Source of the DNA: Eledone cirrhosa
Lineage: Eukaryota
Direction of reading: 5' to 3'
Length of the DNA: 64,000 nt
Assembly: GCA_964016885.1 (NCBI GenBank)
Contig: CAXHJY010000096.1
Coordinates: 248,001-312,000 of the forward strand
The notes under the pieces were generated by a model. That model was not told where the DNA came from. It saw only the letters and a list, made by a program, of their open reading frames with translations, and searched no databases. The translations under genes were made by a program, and so were the position numbers. Shown piece after piece: positions 54,311 to 64,000 of this stretch (within the stretch, counting starts at the first letter, position 1; every line of letters starts with the position of its first letter).

Positions 54311-57300
54311 CAGGCGGAGATAATTTGTAAAAAAAATCAGGGGGAGATAATTTGTAAAAAAAAATCAGGGGGAGATAATTTGTAAAAAAAAATCAGGGGG
54401 AGATAATTTGTAAAAAAAATCAAGGGGAGATAATATCAAGCCGTGCAAGGGGAGATAATTTCCAGCCGTCCAAGGGGAGATAATTTACATCCTTCCAAGG
54501 GGAGATAATTTCCCGCCAGCCAAGGGAAGATAATTTTTAAAAAAATCAGGGGGAGATAATTTGTAAAAAAAAAATCAGGGGGAGATAATTTGTAAAAAAA
54601 AATCAAGGGGAGATAATTTGTAAAAAAAATCAGGGGGAGATAATTTGTAAAAAAAAAATCAGGGGGAGATAATTTGTAAAAAAAAATCAAGGGGAGATAA
54701 TTTGTAAAAAAAATCAGGTGGAGATAATTTGTAAAAAAAATCAGGGGGAGATAATTTGTAAAAAAATCAGGGGGAGATAATTTGTAAAAAAAAAATCAGG
54801 GGGAGATAATTTGTAAAAAAAAATCAAGGGGAGATAATTTGTAAAAAAAAATCAGGGGGAGATAATTTGTAAAAAAAAATCAGGGGGAGATAATTTGTAA
54901 AAAAAATCAAGGGGAGATAATTTGCAGCCGTCCAAGGGGAGATAATTTTCAGCCGTCCAAGGAGAGATAATTTCTAGCCGTCCAAGGGGAGATAATTTCC
55001 AGCCGTCCAAGGGGAGATAATTTCCAGCCGTCCAAGGGGAGATAATTTTTTTTAAAAAATCAAGCGGAGATAATTTGTAAAAAAAAAATCAGGGGGAGAT
55101 AATTTGTAAAAAAAAATCAGGGGGAGATAATTTGTAAAAAAAAATCAGGGGGAGATAATTTGTAAAAAAAATCAAGGGGAGATAATTTCCAGCCGTCCAA
55201 GGGAAGATAATTTCCAGCCGTCCAAGGGAAGATAATTTCCAGCCCTCCAAGGGGCTATAATTTCCAGCGTCCAAGGGGAGATAATTTCCAGCCAGCGAAG
55301 GGGAGATAATTTTTTTTTTTTAAATCAGGGGGAGATAATTTGTAAAAAAAATCAGGGGGAGATAATTTGTAAAAAAAAATCAGGGGGAGATAATTTGTAA
55401 AAAAAAATCAGGGGGAGATAATTTGTAAAAAAAATCAAGGGGAGATAATTTCCAGCCGTGCAAGGGGAGATAATTTCCAGCCGTCCAAGGGGAGATAATT
55501 TACATCCTTCCAAGGGGAGATAATTTCCAGCCGTCCAAGGGGAGATAATTTCCCGCCAGCCAAGGGAAGATAATTTTTAAAAAAATCAGGGGGAGATAAT
55601 TTGTAAAAAAAAAATCAGGGGGAGATAATTTGTAAAAAAAAATCAAGGGGAGATAATTTGTAAAAAAAATCAGGGGGAGATAATTTGTAAAAAAAATCAG
55701 GGGGAGATAATTTGTAAAAAAATCAGGGGGAGATAATTTGTAAAAAAAAAATCAGGGGGAGATAATTTGTAAAAAAAAATCAAGGGGAGATAATTTGTAA
55801 AAAAAAATCAGGGGGAGATAATTTGTAAAAAAAATCAGGGGGAGATAATTTGTAAAAAAATCAGGGGGAGATAATTTGTAAAAAAAAATCAGGGGGAGAT
55901 AATTTGTAAAAAAAAATCAGGGGGAGATAATTTGTAAAAAAAATCAGGGGGAGATAATTTGTAAAAAAAATCAGGGGGAGATAATTTGTAAAAAAAATCA
56001 AGGGGAGATAATTTGCAGCCGTCCAAGGGGAGATAATTTTCAGCCGTCCAAGGAGAGGTAATTTCTAGCCGTCCAAGGGGAGATAATTTCCAGCCGTCCA
56101 AGGGGAGATAATTTCCAGCCGTCCAAGGGGAGATAATTTTTTTTTAAAAATCAGGCGGAGATAATTTGTAAAAAAAAAAATCAGGGGGAGATAATTTGTA
56201 AAAAAAAATCAGGGGGAGATAATTTGTAAAAAAAAATCAGGGGGAGATAATTTGTAAAAAAAATCAAGGGGAGATAATTTCCAGCCGTCCAAGGGAAGAT
56301 AATTTCCAGCCCTCCAAGGGGCTATAATTTCCAGCGTCCAAGGGGAGATAATTTCCAGCCAGCGAAGGGGAGATAATTTTTTTTTAAAAAATCATGCGGG
56401 GATAATTTGTAAAAAAAATCAGGGGGAGATAATTTGTAAAAAAAATCAAGGGGAGATAATTTCCAGCCGTCCAAAGAGAGATAATTTCTAGCCGTCCAAG
56501 GGGAGATAATTTCCAGCCGTCCAAGGGGAGATAATTTCCCGCCAGCCAAGGGAAGATAATTTTTTAAAAAATCAGGCGGAGATTGTAAAAAAAATCAGGG
56601 GGAGATAATTTGTAAAAAAATCAGGGGGAGATAATTTGTAAAAAAAAAATCAGGGGGAGATAATTTGTAAAAAAAAATCAGAGGGAGATAATTTGTAAAA
56701 AAAAATCAGGGGGAGATAATTTGTAAAAAAAATCAGGGGTAGATAATTTGTAAAAAAAATCAGGGGGAGATAATTTGTAAAAAAAAATCAGGGGGAGATA
56801 ATTTGTAAAAAAAATCAAGGGGAGATAATTTCCAGCCGTCCAAGGGAAGATAATTTCCAGCCGTCCAAGGGAAGATAATTTCCAGCCCTCCAAGGGGCTA
56901 TAATTTCCAGCGTCCAAGGGGAGATAATTTCCAGCCAGCGAAGGGGAGATAATTTTTTTTTTAAAAATCAGGGGTAGATAATTTGTAAAAAAAATCAGGG
57001 GGAGATAATTTGTAAAAAAAAATCAGGGGGAGATAATTTGTAAAAAAAAATCAGGGGGAGATAATTTGTAAAAAAAATCAAGGGGAGATAATTTCCAGCC
57101 GTGCAAGGGGAGATAATTTCCAGCCGTCCAAGGGGAGATAATTTACATCCTTCCAAGGGGAGATAATTTCCAGCCGTCCAAGGGGAGATAATTTCCCGCC
57201 AGCCAAGGGAAGATAATTTTTAAAAAAATCAGGGGGAGATAATTTGTAAAAAAAAAATCAGGGGGAGATAATTTGTAAAAAAAAATCAAGGGGAGATAAT

Positions 57301-60185
57301 TTGTAAAAAAAATCAGGGGGAGATAATTTGTAAAAAAAATCAGGGGGAGATAATTTGTAAAAAAATCAGGGGGAGATAATTTGTAAAAAAAAAATCAGGG
57401 GGAGATAATTTGTAAAAAAAAATCAAGGGGAGATAATTTGTAAAAAAAAATCAGGGGGAGATAATTTGTAAAAAAAATCAGGGGGAGATAATTTGTAAAA
57501 AAAATCAGGGGGAGATAATTTGTAAAAAAAAATCAGGGGGAGATAATTTGTAAAAAAAAATCAGGGGGAGATAATTTGTAAAAAAAATCAGGGGGAGATA
57601 ATTTGTAAAAAAAATCAGGGGGAGATAATTTGTAAAAAAAATCAAGGGGAGATAATTTGCAGCCGTCCAAGGGGAGATAATTTTCAGCCGTCCAAGGAGA
57701 GGTAATTTCTAGCCGTCCAAGGGGAGATAATTTCCAGCCGTCCAAGGGGAGATAATTTCCAGCCGTCCAAGGGGAGATAATTTTTTTTTAAAAATCAGGC
57801 GGAGATAATTTGTAAAAAAAAAAATCAGGGGGAGATAATTTGTAAAAAAAAATCAGGGGGAGATAATTTGTAAAAAAAAATCAGGGGGAGATAATTTGTA
57901 AAAAAAATTAAGGGGAGATAATTTTCAGCCGTCCAAGGGAAGATAATTTCCAGCCCTCCAAGGGGCTATAATTTCCAGCGTCCAAGGGGAGATAATTTCC
58001 AGCCAGCGAAGGGGAGATAATTTTTTTTTTTAAAATCATGCGGGGATAATTTGTAAAAAAAATCAGGGGGAGATAATTTGTAAAAAAAATCAAGGGGAGA
58101 TAATTTCCAGCCGTCCAAAGAGAGATAATTTCTAGCCGTCCAAGGGGAGATAATTTCCAGCCGTCCAAGGGGAGATAATTTCCCGCCAGCCAAAGGAAGA
58201 TAATTTTTTAAAAAATCAGGCGGAGATTGTAAAAAAAATCAGGGGGAGATAATTTGTAAAAAAAATCAGGGGGAGATAATTTGTAAAAAAAATCAGGGGG
58301 AGATAATTTGTAAAAAAAATCAGGGGGAGATAATTTGTAAAAAAAAATCAGGGGTAGATAATTGGTAAAAAAAATCAGGGGGAGATAATTTGTAAAAAAA
58401 ATCAGGGGGAGATAATTTGTAAAAAAAATCAAGGGGAGATAATTTGCAGCCGTCCAAGGGGAGATAATTTTCAGCCGTCCAAGGAGAGGTAATTTCTAGC
58501 CGTCCAAGGCGAGATAATTTCCAGCCGTCCAAGGGGAGATAATTTCCAGCCGTCCAAGGGGAGATAATTTTTTTAAAAAAATCAGGCGGAGATAATTTGT
58601 AAAAAAAAAATCAGGGGGAGATAATTTGTAAAAAAAAATCAGTGGGAGATAATTTGTAAAAAAAAATCAGGGGGAGATAATTTGTAAAAAAAATCAAGGG
58701 GAGATAATTTCCAGCCGTCCAAGGGAAGATAATTTCCAGCCCTCCAAGGGGCTATAATTTCCAGCGTCCAAGGGGAGATAATTTCCAGCCAGCGAAGGGG
58801 AGATAATTTTTTTTTAAAAAATCATGGGGGGATAATTTGTAAAAAAAAATCAGGGGGAGATAATTTGTAAAAAAAAATCAGGGGAGATAATTTGTAAAAA
58901 AAATCAGGGGGAGATAATTTGTAAAAAAAAATCAGGGGAAGATAATTTGTAAAAAAAATCAAGCGGAGATAATTTGCAGCCGTCCAAGGGGAGATAATTT
59001 CCCGCCAGCCAAGGAGAGATAATATTTAAAAAAATCAGGCGGAGATAATTTGTAAAAAAAATCAGGGGGAGATAATTTGTAAAAAAAATCAGGGGGAGAT
59101 AATTTCCAGCCGTCCAAGGGGAGATAATTTTCAGCCGTCCAAGGAGAGGTAATTTCTAGCCGTCCAAGGGGAGATAATTTCCAGCCGTCCAAGGGGAGAT
59201 AATTTCCAGCCGTCCAAGGGGAGATAATTTCCAGCCGTCCAAGGAGACATATTTTCCAGCCGTCCAAGGAGAGGTAATTTCTAGCCGTCCAAGGGGAGAT
59301 AAATTCCTGCCTCCAAGGGGAGATAATTTCCAGCCAGCCAAGGGGAGATAATTTGTAAAAAAATCAGGGGGAGATAATTTGTAAAAAAAATCAGGGGGAG
59401 ATAATTTGTAAAAAAAAATCAGGGGGAGATAATTTGTAAAAAAAAATCAGGGGAGATAATTTGTAAAAAAAATCAGGGGGAGATAATTTGTAAAAAAAAT
59501 CAAGGGGAGATAATTTCCAGCCGTCCAAGGGGAGATAATTTTCAATTGTCCAAGGAGAGGTAATTTCTAGCCGTCCAAGGAGAGATAATTTCCAGCCGTC
59601 CAAGGGGAGATAATTTCCAGCCGTCCAAGGGGAGATGATTTTTAAAAAAAAATCAGGCGGAGATAAGTTGTAAAAAAAAATCAGGGGGAGATAATTTGTA
59701 AAAAAAATCAGGGGGAGATAATTTGTAAAAAAAAATCAGGGGGAGATAATTTGTAAAAAAAATCAAGGGGAGATAATTTCCAGCCGTCCAAAGAGAGATA
59801 ATTTCTAGCCGTCCAAGGGGAGATAATTTCCAGCCTTCCAAGGGGAGATAATTTTTTAAAAAATCAGGTGGAGATAATTTGTAAAAAAAATCAGTGGAAG
59901 ATAATTTGTAAAAAGAAAATCAAGGGCAGATAATTTCCAGCCGTCCAAGGGGAGATAATTTCCCGCCAGCCAAGGGAAGATAATATTTAAAAAAATCAGG
60001 CGGAGATAATTTGTAAAAAAAATCAGGGGGAGATAATTTGTAAAAAAATCAGGGGGAGATAATTTGTAAAAGAAAAATCAGGGGGAGATAATTTGTAAAA
60101 AGAAAATCAAGGGGAGATAATTTCCAGCCGTCCAAGGGGAGATAATTTCCCGCCAGCCAAGGAGAGATAATATTTAAAAAAATCA
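54311..60185 (+). repeat. Tandem higher-order duplication, long copy (~5,873 bp)
   Basis: Offsets of 5,873 for 53086/58959, 53518/59391, 53780/59653; private markers CAATTG at 53670 and 59543, AATTGGTAAA at ~52487 and ~58360. Confidence 0.85.
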
Positions 60186-63100
60186 GGCGGAGATAATTTG
60201 TAAAAAAAATCAGGGGGAGATAATTTGTAAAAAAAATCAGGGGGAGATAATTTGTAAAAAAAATCAGGGGGAGATAATTTGTAAAAAAAAAATTAGGGGG
60301 AGATAATTTGTAAAAAAATCAAGGGGAGATAATTTCCAGCCGTCCAAGGGGAGATAATTTTCAGCCGTCCAAGGAGAGGTAATTTCTAGCCGTCCAAGGG
60401 GAGATAATTTCCAGCCGTCCAAGGGGAGATAATTTCCAGCCGTCCAACGGGAGATAATTTTAAAAAAAAAATCAGGCGGAGATAATTTGTAAACAAAAAT
60501 CAGGGGGAGATAATTTGTAAAAAAAAATCAGGGGGAGATAATTTGTAAAAAAAAATCAGGGGGAGATAATTTGTAAAAAAAATCAAGGGGAGATAATTTC
60601 CAGCCGTCCAAGGGGAGGTAATATCTAGCCATCCAAGGGGAGATAATTTCCAGCCGTCCAAGGGGAGATAATTTCCAGCCGTCCAAGGGGAGATAATTTC
60701 CAGCCGTCCAAGGAGACATATTTTCCAGCCGTCCAAGGAGAGGTAATTTCTAGCCGTCCAAGGGGAGATAAATTCCAGCCTCCAAGGGGAGATAATTTCC
60801 AGCCAGCCAAGGGGAGATAATTTGTAAAAAAATCAGGGGGAGATAATTTGTAAAAAAAATCAGGGGGAGATAATTTGTAACAAAAAATCAGGGGGAGATA
60901 ATTTGTAAAAAAAAATCAGGGGGAGATAATTTGTAAAAAAAATCAGGGGGAGATAATTTGTAAAGAAAATCAAGGGGAGTTAATTTCCAGCCGTCCAAGG
61001 GGAGATAATTTTCATCCGTCCAAGGATAGGTAATTTCTAGCCGTCCAAGGAGAGATAATTTCCAGCCGTCCAAGGGGAGATAATTTCCAGCCGTCCAAGG
61101 GGAGATAATTTTTTTAAAAAAATCAGGCGGAGATAAGTTGTAAAAAAAATCAGGGGGAGATAATTTGTAAAAAAAAATCAGGGGGAGATAATTTGTAAAA
61201 AAAAATCAGGGGGAGATAATTTGTAAAAAAAATCAAGAGAAGATAATTTCCAGCCGTCCAAGGGAAGATAATTTCCAGCCCTCCAAGGGGCTATAATTTC
61301 CAGCGTCCAAGGGGAGATAATTTCCAGCCAGCGAAGGGGAGATAATTTAAAAAAAAAAATCAGTGGGAGATTTGTAAAAAAATCAGGGGGAGATAATTTG
61401 TAAAAAAAATCAAGGGGAGATAATTTCCAGCCGTCCAAAGAGAGATAATTTCTAGCCGTCCAAGGGGAGATAATTTCCAGCCAAGGGGAGATAATTTCCA
61501 GCCGTCCAAGGGAAGATAATATTTAAAAAAATCAGGCGGAGATAATTTGTAAAAAAAATCAGGGGGAGATAATTTGTAAAAAAATCAGGGGGAGATAATT
61601 TGTAAAAGAAAAATCAGGGGGAGATAATTTGTAAAAAAAATCAGGGGGAGATAATGTGTAAAAAAAATCAGGGGTAGATAATTTGTAAAAAAAATCAGGG
61701 GGAGATAATTTGTAAAAAAAAATCAGGGGGAGATAATTTGTAAAAAAAATCAGGGGGAGATAATTTGTAAAAAAAAATCAGGGGGAGATAATTTGTAAAA
61801 AAAATCAAGGGGAGATAATTTGCAGCCGTCCAAGGGGAGATAATTTTCAGCCGTCCAAGGAGAGATAATTTCTAGCCGTCCAAGGGGAGATAATTTCCAG
61901 CCGTCCAAGGGGAGATAATTTCCAGCCGTCCAAGGGGAGATAATTTTTTTAAAAAAATCAGGCGGAGATAATTTGTATAAAAAAAATCAGGGGGAGATAA
62001 TTTGTAAAAAAAAATCAGGGGGAGATAATTTGTAAAAAAAAATCAGGGGGAGATAATTTGTAAAAAAAATCAAGGGGAGATAATTTCCAGCCGTCCAAGG
62101 GAAGATAATTTCCAGCCGTCCAAGGGAAGATAATTTCCAGCCCTCCAAGGGGCTATAATTTCCAGCGTCCAAGGGGAGATAATTTTTTTTTTTTAAATCA
62201 GGGGGAGATAATTTGTAAAAAAAATCAGGGGGAGATAATTTGTAAAAAAAATCAAGGGGAGATAATTTCCAGCCGTCCAAAGAGAGATAATTTCTAGCCG
62301 TCCAAGGGGAGATAATTTCCAGCCAAGGGGAGATAATTTCCAGCCGTCCAAGGGGAGATAATTTTTAAAAAAATCAGGTGGAGATAATTTGTAAAAATAA
62401 TCAGGGGAAGATAATTTGTAAAAACAAAATCAAGGGCAGATAATTTCCGGCCGTCCAAGGGGAGATAATTTCCAGCAGTGCAAGGGGAGATAATTTCCAG
62501 CCGTCCAAGGGGAGATAATTTCCAACCTTCCAAGGGGAGATAATTTCCAGCCGTCCAAGGATAGATAATTTCCCGCCAGCCAAGGAGAGATAATATTTAA
62601 AAAAATCAGGCGGAGATAATTTGTAAAAAAAATCAGGGGGAGATAATTTGTAAAAAAAATCAGGGGGAGATAATTTGTAAAAAAAAATCAGGGGTAGATA
62701 ATTTGTAAAAAAAAATCAGGGGGAGATAATTTGTAAAAAAAAAATCAGGGGGAGATAATTTGTAAAAAAATCAAGGGGAGATAATTTCCAGCCGTCCAAG
62801 GGGAGATAATTTTCAGCCGTCCAAGGAGAGGTAATTTCTAGCCGTCCAAGGGGAGATAATTTCCAGCCGTCCAAAGGGAGATAATTTTAAAAAAAAAATC
62901 AGGCGGAGATAATTTGTAAACAAAAATCAGGGGGAGATAATTTGTAAAAAGAAATCAGGGGGAGATAACTTGTAAAAAAAAATCAGGGGGAGATAATTTG
63001 TAAAAGAAATCAAGGGGAGATAATTTCCAGCCGTCCAAGGGGAGGTAATATCTAGCCATCCAAGGGGAGATAATTTCCAGCCGTCCAAGGGGAGATAATT

Positions 63101-63300
63101 TCCAGCCGTCCAAGGGGAGATAATTTCCAGCCGTCCAAGGAGACATATTTTCCAGCCGTCCAAGGAGAGGTAATTTCTAGCCGTCCAAGGGGAGATAAAT
63201 TCCAGCCTCCAAGGGGAGATAATTTCCAGCCAGCCAAGGGGAGATAATTTGTAAAAAAATCAGGGGGAGATAATTTGTAAAAAAAATCAGGGGGAGATAA
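60150..63300 (+). repeat. More diverged ~0.75 kb direct repeats at offset ~2,427 bp (~60,150-60,875 and ~62,570-63,300)
   Basis: ORF offsets 60500/62927, 60528/62955, 60625/63052; shared marker GGAGGTAATATCTAGCCATCC; several substitutions between the copies. Confidence 0.78.
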
Positions 63301-64000
63301 TTTGTAAAAAAAAATCAGGGGGAGATAATTTGTAAAAAAAAATCAGGGGGAGATAATTTGTAAAAAAAATCAAGGGGAGATAATTTCCAGACGTCCAAGG
63401 GGAGATAATTTTCAGCCGTCCAAGGAGAGGTAATTTCTAGCCGTCCAAGGAGAGATAATTTCCAGCCGTCCAAGGGGAGATAATTTCCAGCCGTCCAAGG
63501 GGAGATAATTTTTTAAAAAAAATCAGGCGGAGATAAGTTGTAAAAAAAAATCAGGGGGAGATAATTTGTAAAAAAAAATCAGGGGGAGATAATTTGTAAA
63601 AAAAAATCAGGGGGAGATAATTTGTAAAAAAAATCAAGGGGAGATAATTTCCAGCCGTCCAAGGGAAGATAATTTCCAGCCGTCCAAGGGGAGATAATTT
63701 CTAGCCGTCCAAGGGGAGATAATTTTAAAAAAAAAATCAGGCGGAGATAAGTTGTAAAAAAAATCAGGGGGAGATAATTTGTAAAAAAAAATCAGGGGGA
63801 GATAATTTGTAAAAAAATCAAGGGGAGATAATTTCCAGCCGTCCAAGGGGAGATAATTTTCAGCCGTCCAAGGAGAAGTAATTTCTAGCCGTCCAAGGGG
63901 AGATAATTTCCAGCCGTCCAAGGGGAGATAATTTCCAGCCGTCTAAGGGGAGATAATTTTTTAAAAAAAATCAGGCGGAGATAATTTGTAAACAAAAATC

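Larger units (their letters stand above)
1..64000 (+). repeat. Composite two-monomer tandem repeat (satellite-type) array running off both window ends; monomer A TCAGGGGGAGATAATTTGT(A7-11), monomer B CCAAGGGGAGATAATTTCCAGCCGT
   Basis: Every line consists of these monomers or near variants, all in one orientation; core GGGGAGATAATTT recurs every 25-30 bp (roughly 2,400 monomers, estimated as 64,000/~26.5). No unique sequence seen. Confidence 0.99.

Noticed and set aside
473-63921. About 120 minus-strand ORFs of 60-147 aa (LSPLGRLEIISPWTAGNYLPLDGWK, FFYKLSPPD, FFTNYLPLI)
   Set aside because: They are the reading frames of the two monomers; monomer lengths of 25, 26, 28 and 29 bp shift frame constantly, ORFs overlap in different frames, most begin at TTG from the repeat, and none resembles a protein family.
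1-64000. CRISPR-like repeat-spacer pattern (constant core plus linker)
   Set aside because: The core is only ~13 bp, linkers are ~12-17 bp of just two recurring types rather than unique spacers, and no cas genes or leader are present.
1-64000. Telomeric repeat (some yeasts have ~25 bp telomerase repeats)
   Set aside because: Two monomer types, variable A tracts and multi-kb higher-order duplications indicate recombinational amplification, not templated addition; no telomere motif I recognise.
1-64000. G-quadruplex array from G4-G5 tracts
   Set aside because: Tracts are separated by ~21-25 nt, well beyond canonical 1-7 nt loops; stable intramolecular G4 is not supported by sequence alone.
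1-64000. Pure sequencing or assembly artefact (concatemer)
   Set aside because: Hierarchical private variants and graded divergence between copies look biological, although exact copy number of the large duplications still needs read-level confirmation.

Overview
The whole 64 kb window is one uninterrupted, head-to-tail, non-coding composite tandem repeat (satellite-type DNA). I see no credible gene, RNA gene, transposon or CRISPR array. Two related monomers share the core GGGGAGATAATTT: monomer A = TCAGGGGGAGATAATTTGT(A7-11), 26-30 bp, and monomer B = CCAAGGGGAGATAATTTCCAGCCGT, 25 bp. They occur in alternating blocks with stereotyped junction units and a small set of fixed variant-B cassettes. 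These are organised into nested higher-order repeats (50 bp, 291 bp, ~955 bp, ~2.4 kb, ~4.9/5.9 kb, ~6.1 kb, ~10.15 kb and more distant copies). The two flanks share diagnostic variants that the more homogeneous ~46 kb centre lacks, suggesting layered expansion from the middle. All ORF-track ORFs are artefacts of translating the repeat. The organism, repeat family and function cannot be determined from the sequence alone; coordinates of higher-order blocks are approximate (read by eye and from ORF-track offsets).
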